In this document: piece after piece, positions 1 to 13,210 of the stretch | How positions within the stretch are numbered: position 1 is the first letter of the stretch | Layout of the letters: every line of letters begins with the position of its first letter | Assembly: GCA_043228905.1 (NCBI GenBank) | Contig: JBHGNT010000020.1 | Span: 8,928,001 to 8,992,000 of the forward strand | Reading direction: 5' to 3' | DNA length: 64,000 nucleotides | Origin: Azolla caroliniana | Taxonomy: Eukaryota; Plantae; Polypodiophyta | Program-made: the position numbers and the translations under genes | The notes under the pieces: model-generated | Database searches by the model: none | Told to the model about the DNA's origin: nothing | Seen by the model: only the letters and a program-made list of their open reading frames with translations

Positions 1-2441
1 CGGAAATCTCCGGGGGGCCCTTCTCTCTTTGAGAGGATATCTCCGTCTTGGGCTTCGGTAGCCGGCTCCTCCATTTTCTCTTCATCCGAATCCGATTCGG
101 GGTCTTGGCCGGTTCCGGTTTCAGCTTCCTCTACTTCTTCTTCTGCCGGTTCGGTATCCTCACCGTAACCGGCTGGTTCCTCGAGTGCTAACCGGTCTCT
201 TGCCGGTTGGGTCTACTCATTGTAGAGTCTATCCTTACCGGTCGACTCGGAGTTCATTATCTTCTTCTCCAACTCCCAGTCGGCGAGCGTCTTGTCCTTC
301 ATGAAGATAATATCTCGACTCCGGAATACCTTCTTGTCGACCAGGTCCCACACTCGGTAGCCGAACTCATCGTCACCGTAACCGAGGAATATGCATGGCC
401 GGGTCTTTGGATCTAACTTTCCTCTCCGGTCCTTAGCTACATGCACGTACACGAGACACCCGAAAACCTTTAGATGTCGGTAGGATACTTCCTTACCGGT
501 CCACACTCTCTGTGGCGTGTCTCCGTCCAAGGGTACTGAGGGTGATCTATTTATCACATATGTCGCCGTCGACAGTGCCTCAGCCCAAAAATTCTTGGGT
601 AGTTTTGCATGCGCTAGCATACTCCGGACCCTCTCCATTATGGTCCGGTTCATCCTCTCGGCCAGTCCGTTTAGTTCCGACGTCTTTGGCACGGTAAATT
701 CGAGCCGGATCCCCTTCGAGCGGCAGTACTCCTCAAACTGACCCCGGTATTCTCCTCCGTTGTCTGCTCGTACCGCCTTCAGCTTCCGACCGGTTTCTCT
801 TTCCACTCTGGCGTGGAGCACTTTGACGACGTATAACACCTGATCCTTCTTCTTCAACGGTGTGGCCCACAGCTTCCGTCTGTTGTTATCTATGAACGTC
901 ACGAAGTATTGCGCTCCGGCATGTGACATCGTGTCTACTTGACACACATCCGTATGCACCAACTCTAGTGGTGCATTACGTCTCATCGGTGGCCTTGGTC
1001 GGAAGGAGGTCCGGTTCTGCTTACCGGCTAGACAATCAGTGCACTTCTCTAAGTGCACGTTCTTCACTGGAATGAGGTTGTCGTTTGCAAGCCTCTTCAT
1101 CCCCTTCTCGCTCATATGACACAGCCTCTTGTGCTACAGCTCACCGGCAGTGTCAGATGCCACGTTCACTTCTTCCGGACATAAACGGGTATTCATCAGG
1201 TACAATGTGTTTACCTTCCGGGCCCGAGCCACAATCAAGCTCCCTCTGTTGAACTTCATGACACCGTTCCGGATGCTACCCGTGTAGCCTTCATCATCTA
1301 GCCGACCGGCTGATATCAGGTTCAGTCGAACCTCCGGAACGTGTCGGACATCCTTCAGCAGCAACTTGCATCCGGTTGGTGTTGACAGCCACACGTCTCC
1401 TATGCCGACAATTCGACATGTACCTTCATTCCCAATCCGGACATAGCCGTGGTCACCGGCTGAGTAGGATGAGAAGCATTTCCGGTCCGGGGTAAGGTGG
1501 AACGATGCTCCGGAGTCTACCACCCAGGTCATCTCGTCGCCAACAAGGTTTATCTCACTCTCCTCGGTGATGAGCATCAACTCTTCTTCACTTGCCGCGA
1601 TTGCCGTCGTTCCCTTCCGGTCCGGCCCCCTCCGGTCTTTACCGTTCCGGTCCGGGGTCCGCTTCGAATCGGTACCGTTGGTTTCCTTGTCTTTTCGGAA
1701 ATGCCGACAGTTCTTTTGGAAGTGTCCCGACTTGCCGCAATAGAAGCAAGTAGGCTTCCCCCTTGACTTTGACCGTGTCCCCGACTTCTCCCGGTTCTGG
1801 GGACTACGGTTTCGATGTCTTCCGCGTTCCGATTCGGTAAGGAGCATTTTGGAGTCGGAGCTCGTATCTTTATCTTTTCGACGCGCCTCCTCATCTAGCA
1901 AGCTCGACTTTACTCTTGCTAGGGATAACCGTTTTCCTTCCGGCCCGGCGTTGCCCAAAGTGACAACCAACGTCTCCCAGCTATCCGGGAGGGAACAGAG
2001 CAGGAGTAGCGCTAGTACCTCATCGGCGAGAGGTACTTCCAATGAAGTTGCCTGGTGGATCAACCCCTGGAAGGCATTCATGTGCTCCGCCATGCTGGAG
2101 CCATCTTGGTACCGGAGTCTTACTAGCTTCCGGAATACCGAAACCTGATTAACAACATTTTTGTTTTGAAACATTATGCCAATCTTCTCCCAGAGCTCAT
2201 GAGCCTTGCTCTCTTCATTGAAGTTGTTGTACAGGCTCATGTCGATGAAGCACCGTACGTACACCGTTGTCTTCATGTGCATCACCTCCCATATCGCGGC
2301 GTCAATTTTGTCCGGTCTCTTGTCCCTAAACTGAACCGGCAGCCAAAGATCTTTTACCACGAGCATATCCCTCATCTTCGACTTCCACACTGAATAGTTG
2401 GAGCCGGTGAGCTTGAACATGCCGCCAAACGATTCGTCCAT
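1..2441 (-). pseudogene. Copia gag-protease-integrase polyprotein with one in-frame stop at 1134-1136
   Basis: ORFs 1134-2441 and 213-1115. Zinc knuckle CFYCGKSGHFQKNC, protease WVVDSGASFH, integrase LVHTDVC...ADNGGEY...NGLAERMNRT, GKLD...GY motif. Confidence 0.93.
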
Positions 2442-2456
2442 TTTTTGTGTCGTTTT

Positions 2457-2468
2457 CCTCTGATACTA
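2457..2468 (-). promoter_or_regulatory. Primer-binding site (tRNA-iMet type, degenerate)
   Basis: Minus strand TAGTATCAGAGG vs consensus TGGTATCAGAGC, 2 nt after the LTR end ...CGTCA at 2471. Confidence 0.85.
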
Positions 2469-2470
2469 CT

Positions 2471-2959
2471 TGACGGGAACTGGTCGTTCCTTATGCGCAA
2501 AGCTCGACCACAACCGAGCTTAGAATGATACACAGAAAACGGGAAATAAAACGCGACACAAAGAAGAGACGAGGTACACAGGAGGTTTACGTGGAAAACC
2601 CCAAACTAGGGGAAAAAAAACCACGGCAGCCCACAGGCTACAAACTATCACTATGATGGAATGTACAACCATGAGTTCACTGAGGCACCGACCTCGTGCT
2701 CACAGATCTTCGCCACAGGCGGCGGTTACAACAGAGGCAACGACCTCTTTCTCTCTCTCTCTCTCTCTCTCTGTACAGTTACACATACTCTCTATTCTTG
2801 CACCAACAAGAATGACAACAACAACAACAACAACAGTAATAGCAGTTACTAAAAGTTTGCCCTAAGTCATATTTATACTAATATGACTTTTCGGCTATTT
2901 ACAAATGTAGCCGCGATGGACTATCAGAAAACATATTTACAAATGTAGCCGCGATGGAC
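2471..2959 (-). repeat. Partial 5' LTR of copia family A, with (CT)n and (CAA)n microsatellites
   Basis: Aligns by eye to solo LTR 56648-57090 (e.g. TTTACGTGGAAAACCC, GCCCTAAGTCATATTTATAC). Confidence 0.9.
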
Positions 2960-3190
2960 ACTGACAGGGGAAAGAGAAATTGCTGGGCATCGGCAAACCA
3001 ATGTTAGTATTTCAAACCAAAATGGGGTCCATGCTGGGGAAACTATGATTTCGACGGATCGATCCCTATTGAATATTCAATAGCAATAATGGCACTTATC
3101 ATATAGGCACATTGGCAAGGAAAGTAATGCCAAGCTGGGTAAATGGTTTTCCACTGAAACCATATCAGGGCCCGACACCAACTAACCTGT
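2960..3190 (+). pseudogene. Gypsy (family E-like) integrase C-terminal remnant
   Basis: Encodes IGKPMLVFQTKMGSMLGKL...WVNGFPLKPY, homologous to 50900-51199; near-duplicate of 6532-6700. Confidence 0.8.
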
Positions 3191-4239
3191 TAGTTGGTGT
3201 CTTGATTTATATATTTATTTATGATAAACTATTCCCATTTGGACCTAAAGCTATGTCCCTAACAAATAATTATTGAATTCATGCCATGAACTTTGAACCC
3301 AAGCTTGAACTTGCCCACAACTAAAAATTGTTTGGTTAGCATGTCTTAGATATTAAACAATGAATATCATGGTTTTCCAACAAAAGTTTAAGAAATAGCA
3401 AAATTAATTACATTAACTCAATGTTCTCCTTATAATATTCCTCCTGCATGTGGGATACAATGACCTCATTATTGACGCCATGATCTTATATTGAAGGTTC
3501 CACTAAACAAGCTTTGTTCTTTTGAGAATAAAAAATACTTTATCATCAACAATCATGCATGATGTACCATAGATATGTTCTAGGAAAACACTCGAAAAGT
3601 AGGGAATCAACTTTATTGGACCCATTAATCCACCTTCCAATCACAAGTTACAAGTTACAACCATAGATTCACATGTACGTTATATTCGTGGTATATGCCA
3701 TGCGTGATATTCGCGAATACGAAATGGCCCCAAGAATATTATAAAATCATTAGTTTTTCAAAATAAATTTACATAATAAAAAATATTTAATTCACTAAAA
3801 AATTAATTAATATACTAATAATTAATTAATTCATTATGCTCACTAATATTTAATTAATTCACTATTAGAATGGTATTCCTTATCAACCAGTATGCTATTC
3901 TCTGAAGTATCCTCAACAAATTAGGAGGAATTAATTCACTAACAATTAAATAAGTAGGGTTTCTACAAAACCCTGAGTTTGTAGGCTGAGAAGAGGAAAT
4001 ATGGTTGCAATTAGGGTTTTGACTAAATTTCGGATTTTCAGTTGAAACCCTAATTTTCAGACCGAGAACAAGATACAAGGGAGGTGAGGATGTAGGAGTC
4101 ATGTAGGATGGAGGGGGTTTGAGTTTGATATAGTGCATTGCCCTGGAGTACAACATGCAGCTAGACTTAGGAGAATCAGGGGAAGGAGTTTGAGACGATT
4201 TTCTAGATGCCGAATTGTTTAGGGTAGAAGCTATTAATT

Positions 4240-6700
4240 CGACAGAAGTGGATGAAGAATTTTGCATATTTATGGCTCACAAAAATGATTTCATTTTTTA
4301 GTACGGGTTTACCGCCCAAAGGAATATCTCCAGATAAAAGAAAACGGTTGGCAGTTCAGAGTCAAAACTTTTGTCTGCTTGAAGACACATTATATCATAA
4401 GGGGGCAGATAGAATTTGGTGGCAAGGGGTTCGATAGTTCGAAAAAGAAACCATCTTACACGAAGCTCACTGTGGCATTACTGGGGGACATTATGTTGAA
4501 GAAACAACCGCTCGCTGTCACGAAAATACGAGGAGGATACATGAACTTCATGCAGGACCCTGGGGCCTCTGACTAGAGGATATCACATTCATGCATTTAT
4601 ATTTTTAACAATTAACGGAAATAAGAAATTTAATAATTTTCATTAACAAAGGAAAAGAAATTACAATATGTCCCAAGATTGGGATTCAGAAGTTTTAGGT
4701 TTACTGAGATTAATAGAAAAGAAAATTTAGGGGTTTTGAGAGATATGGCTTCCGTAGGGAAAATTAGGGTTTTTGAGTGTTATGGCCCTGTGAGATAAGG
4801 GAACCGAGAAGGAAAAGAAAATAATGGAGAGAGGATGAGTGTAGGAAAAAAAATGGAATTTATATGGGTTTCTTTGTTGATCTCTCCTTTCATGTTCCTT
4901 TGCCTCCCCACTTTTAGCTGCATGGCTTTTTCCTTTAGTTGCATGCCTTCCACATGACCTTTACTTTATGCATGGGCTCCACCTTTAGTTACATTCCTTC
5001 CACATGACCTTTACTTTATTTTACTTTACTTTAATTAAGTCGCATGATCCTATAATCCGCAAAGTTTGGCCCATGCTTTGATCTGTCCGATCCGCGTCCG
5101 GCTTCATCTGTCCAGTCCGGTTCCAGTTTTGTCGCCGTCCGGTTCCGGTTCGATCCGATTGCCGGATCCATCCGGTTGCCGGTTGCTAGATTTGTTCGAT
5201 CGCTAGCTTCGTCCGATTATCAGATTGGCCCGGTCGCCGATCGCCGAATCCATCCGATCGCTAGTTGCTAGTTCCGTCTGGTCACCGGTTGCCAGATTCC
5301 TTCGTACACCTGTTCCATACGGTTTTTGTTATTATCATCGACCAGTTTGAGTTCCTTCACTGGTTGATTTGAGTTCCATCACCAACCACATTCGGTGAAC
5401 ATAGCCATATCTGTCCTTCTAGACAAGAGTGGCCCAAGCCCAACTATTTCTTTTGTGCTCTTAACACATAGATGAAAAATGATGGTTCTCAATATGGTTA
5501 TATAGCTGGCTCCTAAAGTTTCCTATCTATGTGGGATATTTCAAAATTCTATTTTCCTTATCTTCTCAAACTTCATGTCCACATAACTTGATATGTAGTT
5601 GTCCATTTCATATGTAGTAAAATGCGTTTTGAAGCTCTTGAGTACATCCATCTTTCTATAACAATCCATTAAGCTAATCTTAAATACTTATTTTACTAGT
5701 TTTTGTATTGTGTGTGAAAAACCACACGACATCGCAAAATATGGAATAATGGGCAGTGGTGGCCTATGACAATGTAAGACGCGCAAAATTATTGTCGACA
5801 ATGTGATCTATGCCAACGGGTCGGTCAACCGAATGAAAAAGATCGAATGCCTCATTAACTTGTGGTACCAGTCAAACCATTCTAGAAATGGGGTCTAGAC
5901 TTTGTTGGACCATTTAAATCGGCAATAGCAACAACAGGTAATAGATATGTTATAGTCGCTATTGACTATTTTACCAAGCGGGTCAAAGCAAAACCTCTCT
6001 GAGATAATATGACAACATCAACGACAAGGTTTCTATATGAATATATTTGGTGTAGATTCGACTGTCCAATTGAGCTCGTAAGTGATTAGGGTACTCATTT
6101 TATTAATAAAGTAATTTATGAATTGACAAATTATTATGTAGTGGTGCACAAGAAAAGTACGCCTTATTATCCATAGGCAAATGGATTAGCGGAATTGACC
6201 AATAAGACGATTCAAACAATTCTAAAGAAAATTGTCAATGACAATCGCATAGATTGGGATAAAAAAGTACAGAGTGCATTATGGGCATATCATACGACCT
6301 ACAAAGCCATGATTCGATCGACTCCATTTCGACTGGCTTTCGGATTAGAGGAAGTCATGCCAATAGAATTCTAGATTCCGAGTTTAAGAGTGCAAGTAGC
6401 AAAATGGCAGGATGAAGAACAATAAAAAATAATTTGAAAAGAGTAGGTTCTCACATTAGAAGAAAGTCGACTACAATCGATGTGGCATTTAGAACATATG
6501 CAGAGGAAAACCAAAGCCTTTGTCGATCAACACTGACAAGGGAAAGAGAAATTGTTCGGCATCGACAAACCAATGTTAGTATTTCAAACCAAAATGGGGT
6601 CCATGCTGGGGAAACTATGATTTCGATGTACCGGTCCCTATTGGATCTTCAATAGCAATAATGACACTTATCATATAGGCACATCGGTAAGGAAAGTAAT
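4240..6700 (+). pseudogene. Gypsy (family E-like) RNase H/integrase remnant, interrupted by a solo LTR at 4516-5731
   Basis: WLTKMISFFSTGLPP...HCGITGGHY..TAR|KIW...WGLDFVGPF...STPYYP*ANGLAE, homologous to 49838-50900 and 61436-62540. Confidence 0.88.
4516..5731. mobile_element. Probable solo LTR (1216 bp) with 4-bp TSD TCGC
   Basis: Termini TGTCACG...CACGACA. TCGC at 4512-4515 and 5732-5735. Removing the insert and one TCGC restores the frame T-A-R-K-I-W. Non-coding, with CCGG/CGATC-rich repeats at ~5085-5300. Confidence 0.8.
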
Positions 6701-9700
6701 TGTTGGGTATGTGAGGAAGAGTGAGAAACACACAAGAGGCACACACAAGAAGCTCAAACAAAGAAGCACTCACACAAGGAAGACAATGGTTGGAATAGCT
6801 CTCTCTATTGATGAATGATACAAAAACTAATAGGAGCTGAAATATATATCCCTAAATACTAAGTACCACCACATATGAGTGACTCATGTATGTGGTAACA
6901 TGGGGAAAAAACCTCTAGCCAGCACTAGAGTAAAAAGTGCCCATGTATAGGGAAAAATGGTTCACATCAAAGCTACTCGAGGAACACGTAAGTGTAACAA
7001 ACCCCCTTGGAGCGAATGATGTGAACATGTACAAGGAGTGACAGATCAGCCCCCACAAGGCAATAAGCCTAAAGCTTTGAGAAAAGCTTCAAACTTTTCT
7101 CGTGGAAGAGCTTTGGTGAATATGTCTGCCACATTATCTTTTGTAGGCACATATACCAAATCAATATCTCCTACATGAAGGCGCTCTCTCACATAGTGAT
7201 AATGCACCTCAATATGTTTGGTCCGTGCATGAAATACGAGATTCCGTGCAACAACCAATGCACTCTGACTATCTGTGAGAATACGTGTAGCAACATCAAT
7301 CTCCATGCAACGATCCATCAAAAGGCGTCTTAGCCATATACACTCTACTATAGCTGTGAAAACGGCCCTGTACTCAGCTTCACAACTTGATGTCGCCACT
7401 GTAGGTTGCTTTTTACTCAACCAAGATATACATGAGTTTCCAAGAAAAAAGCAATTACCACTAGTGGACACACGGGTATCGTAACAACCAGTCCAATCAC
7501 TATTTGTAAAAGCATGCAAGCATGGTTGAGTATCTCTACCATAAAAGAGACCCAAGCTCAAAGTGCCTCTAAGATATCTAAGCACACGTTTCACTACTTG
7601 CCAATGCTTAGTGCCAGGGCTATGCATGAATCGACTCAACTGGGAGATTGCATACTGTATATCCGGCCTTGTATTGCATGCATATATAAGACATCCCATA
7701 GCTTGTTAATAAAGAGAAGTATCAAATGCATCACTAGAATCCTCAACAGAGAACCTAAATCTTGTCTCCACAGGTGTAGGAACTAGCTTGCAATCCTCAA
7801 AGTCAAAACGTTGAAGTAGTTTTTCAACATACTTTCCTTGATGCAACACCATTCCCCCCTCAACGGATACAAACTGGATGCCAAGATAGTAGCTCGAAAG
7901 ACCAAGATAAGTGACTTCAAAAGTATGCTGCAAATCAGCCATAAGAAAATCTAGTTTTGCTTTACATGACCTAGTCAAGAGTATGTCATCAACATAAAGA
8001 ACAAGCACTAGAAGATCAGCCCCATATTTGCGTACATAAAGTGTGCTTTCAATCGAACTACATGTGAAGCCAAGAGCAATCAAGTGCTTATGGATTTTTT
8101 CATACCATGCACGTGGAGCTTGCTTGAGACCATACAAGGCCTTATGCAAGCGACAAACCATAAGCTCTTTCTCTTTCGTAGCAAATCCAGGAGGTTGCTT
8201 CACATAAACCTCTTCTTGCAAATCACCATTTAAGAAAACTGTTTTTATGTCCAATTGATGCATTTTCCAACCTCTTTGGGCATCAACGAGGATCATCACA
8301 TGCATCTTCAAAAGTAAGTGGCTCCTCATTACATGCTATTGCAACAATAGAATAATCCACAAAATTACTTGATGCATGGCGAGAGCTTGATCTTGTTTTA
8401 CCAAGTAAAGGTGCACTCAATTTGCTATCTCGCAAAGTTTGTTTTAGCCACCTCGGCATAGTTTGTGACCTCTCAATAGCCATACGCTCATTATGTAATA
8501 CATCTTCAATATGTACATCATGCGTGGGCTCAATTTCATGCTCATTTTTTTGTTGCAAATGTTCAGCCATATTTGGTTGGACATTTCATGCATTTTCAAC
8601 ACTTATTTGCTGGAAATTTTCATCCCTTTGAAACTCACTTGGCTGGTCTACATGTCCATGGTCAAGCGCACCACTTTGGAACAAAGGCATGAGTGTATCA
8701 AACACATATTGTGAGTTAACTGTTGGGTGTTTTTTGCATTCAAGAAAAGGGAAAGCTGAATTTTCAGCAAATACCACATCTCGACTCACAATAATTGTGT
8801 CCGTCAATGGATGATACAAACGATATCCCTTACTTTCAACACTATAACCAACAAATATGCATTTTTTTGCCTTGTCATCAAGTTTGTGACGTTGTTGTGA
8901 TGGCACAAGAGAATATGCCAAACAACCAAACACACGCATATGACTAACCATAGGTTTATGTCCATTCCAAGCCTCATATGGCATAATGTCTCTCAACGCT
9001 TTTGTAGGGCAACAATTCAACACATAATTTGCACACATAACCGCTTCCATCCAAAACTTGTTAGGAAGATGCTTTCCTTTAACCATACATTGTGCCATCT
9101 CTAAGAGTGTTCTATTTTTGCGCTCTGCAACACCATTTTGTTGAGGTGTATATGGCACTGTACATTGATGTAAAATACCTCTTTCACAAAGAAAAGCATT
9201 AAACTCATGTGACATATATTCGCCACCACGATCTGTGCGTAGAGTCAAGAGCTTATTTGCGGAAACATTTTCAGCCATAGCTAAAAATGATTTGAAGCAA
9301 GAAAAAACTTCATTCTTTGCTTTCATAGGATACACCCATGTATGACGAGTAGCATCATCAATGAAGGTAACGGAATATACATGCTTTCCAAAAGATGGAG
9401 TCTTTACAGGACCACACACATCACTATGAACAAGTTGTAATTTTCTTGTAGTGTGTATGACTATCTTTTGGAAAAGAAGCACGATGCATTTTTCCAAGAA
9501 TGCAACCTTCACATGCATGTTTTTCAATGGAATCAAGTGTAGGAAACCCAATAACCATATCCTTCTTTTGCAAGTGAAGCAAACTATTGAAGTTCAAGTG
9601 ACCAAAACGAGCATGCCAAAGCTCCATTTCAGCCATGGAAGAAGTATGGACAGCCAAGGCATTTAGAGAGGCCTTCTTGTATGTATCCAAACGGTACAAG

Positions 9701-10668
9701 CCATTGGATAATGTACCTAACATCACGATAACATCGCCATTGCTATAATCGTGAAACATGCACTTATGATCAACAAAATGTACATGAAGTCCGGCTTTGG
9801 CAATCAAAGGAACCGAAATTAAGTTCTTCTTGATACCGGGCACATACAATACATTCTTTAAGATGACAACACCTCCATTTGCAGCCGAAAGCTCAATTTC
9901 TCCTACTCCAATGATAGGATAAGAGGCATTGTTTGCACACACCACATGTCCACCTTTGGGTGCATCTTTCAAGGATGCAAGAAACTTTTGCATGAAGTAA
10001 TGTGCTTTGAAGCACCACTATCAAAGAACCAATCCGAATTAATCTCACTTACAACTATACATTTAGAGTGCAATGATGCATCATAATGATATGTAACAAC
10101 ACATGCCCAATAATCTTGGGCCATGTTGGCCTCATCACTCTTTGCACTTGAAACATTTTCAGAAATGGTCATGCCGGATTCCTTCTTCTTCTCATTGCGC
10201 TTAACAAGCTTTCTACACTCTTCAATCGTATGGCCAACCTTTCGACAATATTTGCATCTCTTCTTCTTTTGCAAGTCACCATCATTAGAGAAATAAGTGA
10301 AAGAGGGAGGTTGAGGCTTTGGTTTTGAAGAACCAAAAGCTGAACCATGCTTGCTTTTTCCTTTTTGTGAGATAGCAAGTGCTTGTGTTCCCTCTATCAA
10401 ACCACTTCTATTCACTCTTGATTGTTCTTCTTGCAAAAGAAGAGACACAACCTCATCAAATGCATACATATCGGTATTCCCTTTTGCAACCAAATGAATA
10501 GTAGTAGCAAAGCTTTGAAAAGATTCGGGTTACAATCCTTTCAACAACGTAGAGACAAGTGATGTATTCGAAATGATTTCATCAATGTTTGCCAATTGCT
10601 CTTTCAAATCTTTGATGCGTGTCACATACACATCTACTGACTCATTTTCAGCCATATATACATCCTCA
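6701..10668 (-). mobile_element. Ty1/copia element, family G, 5'-truncated; 3' LTR 6701-6999
   Basis: LTR TGTTGG...GTAACA, PPT (minus CCAAGGGGGTT, 7000-7010), then RNase H/RT (LYVDDILL, ADIFTKAL), integrase, protease (DSGAS) and zinc knuckle CKYCRKVGHTIEEC. Confidence 0.93.
7046..10668 (-). pseudogene. Frameshifted copia gag-pol of family G
   Basis: ORF pieces 9969-10493, 9424-9993, 8586-9551, 8283-8570, 7706-8329 and 7046-7699 in gag-PR-INT-RT-RH order. Confidence 0.92.
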
Positions 10669-11880
10669 AGTTGCAGACAAATGGTTTGGATGGTTATATC
10701 CAGGTAGTAGAAGCACAACCTCATCCATAGGCGAACGTAGTAATTAAACATATCAACATTGACAAAGTCATCAACAAACAGGTACGCCGGATTTTAAATC
10801 TCAAGAATGAAGGCTACAATGAAATGGATGTGGTAGAGATAGATGTTCTCAAGTCGTATTTTGGTGAGTATTCTCCTTTCCCAAAAGCATACAAAACACA
10901 ATGGGGTAAAGATCTTTTCTTTCATGATGTCACAAAATTTCTATTGGAAGTGGCTTGTGTAAGCCTAGATCTTAGTGCATGCCCAAGGAAAGGGTAGGAT
11001 TCATTATAGCAATGTATGAGGTATAGTAAATCGACTGGGGGTACATTACAGGAATTGCGCTTCGAGAACAGTTGCATGGAGTTAGGAAGGGGAAACCCAT
11101 GAAACCGATTTTTGCACAATGGTTAACTATATTATGCCCAATGCCAGTAGACACTAAGGGACATAAGACCTCGGAAAGGGAAAAGGGGTAGTCATCATGG
11201 GCATTGCCACAACAGTCAGCAATAAGAATAATATTGACATGACCACAAGAAGTGTGACAAGAAAACTAGGCAACAACCGACAACTGAGGAAGCAAGGGCT
11301 CAACAACCACCACCCACTAATCAAGAACAAATCCCTACTACGCAGCAAGAATGAAGTAGAACACAAGAGGAAAATACGACATCCTCACCACCCCATCCTA
11401 AAGAAAAGAGTTGGTTAGCTTCGTAACAAGCTGATAGAGAACAACAAAACCATGAAACAAGCCGACCGACAAAAAAGATTTTTTTTGGAAAGAAGTAGTC
11501 GACCGGCCAAGAGCAACAAGGAGAAGGAACAACAACTAATGTCGAATCAATCGACTATGTTCAGAGCGGTACTATGGAAAAAGGCAAAGCATTGGAAATA
11601 TCCCCAAATGAAGTATTAGCTATACTCAACATACCACCACCAACTCATGAAATAACGACCATATTATGATTTGGCACATCTTACGAGCTTGTGGATTGGT
11701 TAACTAAAACACTTGCAGTTCGCTTCATATCAATTGGCATAGGAACACAAGGATTGGGAAATGATCCAATGTGCATTATTAGGCGAAACAGAGCTCAAGG
11801 ACGAGCAAGAATTGTAGAGAATCAACCGACAACGGGATCTCAAGAATAAAGGGGCGGCTATTCAAAGGCCTCCTATGCAT
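10669..11880 (+). pseudogene. N-terminal remnant of the gypsy D/E-family extra ORF
   Basis: LQTNGLDGYIQVVEAQPHP...YFGEYSP...FAQWLTILCP matches 63136-63650 and 51581-52120. Confidence 0.75.
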
Positions 11881-11884
11881 ATAG

Positions 11885-13210
11885 CTTTGGTCATAGCAGA
11901 TAAAGGGATGGGCTCTAACATGTATCGATGTGTATGGTTTCCCTGTTCCGCAAAGAATATGGTTTTGTAGTTAGGTGCAACATTTGTCGTATAATGTGTG
12001 AAGCAAGAGCCTCCACATTTGTCCCATGTCATGATACATTGGCATTGCAAAAAGGACTCATTTATAGAGGAATCTAGTGATGCATCATGAAGCAAGTGTC
12101 TCACATCCCATCTACCAAACCATTTTTCTATATCTTGCATCCAACCGGAACACAAAATTTTGCTTTTATGCGTCATTTGGATCTTTTTGCTTGCCTCCTA
12201 TGCAAATCTAGGAAGTCGATGTGAGGGACTTTTTTGAGCCTTAAGCATGTATTCAACAACCCTTTCCATGGCCATGATCTAAATGGGAAGCGAGCCAGTC
12301 TCAAGGAGGAGGAGGGTGTAGGGCGTTTGTTTCTTAACTTGTAGAAACTTTGTAAGAAAATGTTTATGGACATTTTCAAACTCTTTCCACGTACATTTTG
12401 GGATGCTACCGCCCCATACTTCCACCCCATTGAGAAGAACCGATATCACCAAAGTTTCGAAAAGATATTTCTTGAGGACCCAACACTTAATATCTCCAAG
12501 ATTGCATGTGTTGTCAAATGCATAGTATGCTCGCTTACCCGTCTCTAAGCGGTGTGTAGCACATTCATTCCATCTATGATTTGCAGGAACTTCAAGGCCA
12601 AGATATTTGAAGCTTTTCACACATTCAAGTGGCTCACTATAGTACATAATGCATGGTTTATCTTTTTTTTTTTTCTTCACGAGCTATTGACACTTCATTT
12701 ACTATGCATGCAAAATTTTTCCAATGACTTCATAAGCTTTTGTGCATTTCCTAAAGTATTTGCAAAAAACACTACATCATCTGCATATAGCAAAAGCTTA
12801 ATCACAACATTCCTAATGGCAACTTCTTAAACACATTCTTCTTGTGCAAACTTGGTAACCATTTCTTCCAATTCATCAATGCATAGACCAAATAGTGTTG
12901 GTGAGAGTGGGCATCCTTGCTTAACACCAATAGTGCTATTGAAAAAATCTGAAAGTCTATATCTCATACAGACACAACATATAACCTTCTCATAAATTCG
13001 GGAAATTGCAAGCATACATTCACTTGGCACCTCAAGTTCTTCCATTCGCCTCCAAAGATGCTCACGAGGTACCATATCAAAAGCTTTCTTGAAGTCTACA
13101 AAGCAACAATATAAACCTTTACATCGAAGGCGACTTTCCTCTATTAATACTCAAAGGGTGACAAGGTGATCAATGGTACTATGGTGTTTTCGAAAGCCAG
13201 CTTGCTTTCC
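11885..13210 (-). mobile_element. LINE (RTE/RTEX-like) reverse transcriptase and C-terminal region, degraded
   Basis: QAGFRKHHSTIDHL, FVDFKKAFD, GVKQGCPLSPTLF, LLYADDVV, FKYLG motifs. Confidence 0.9.

Larger units (their letters stand above)
1..2959 (-). mobile_element. Ty1/copia LTR retrotransposon, family A; 5' LTR truncated, 3' part runs off the window start
   Basis: Minus-strand order LTR (from 2471), PBS, gag, protease, integrase. Closely similar to 26972-31417 (internal region) and 56648-57407 (LTR). Confidence 0.95.

Noticed and set aside
3190-4240. AT-rich stretch with faint integrase-like words near 3600-3650 and ORF 3854-4267
   Set aside because: Too degraded to assign; the ORF is low-complexity and unsupported.
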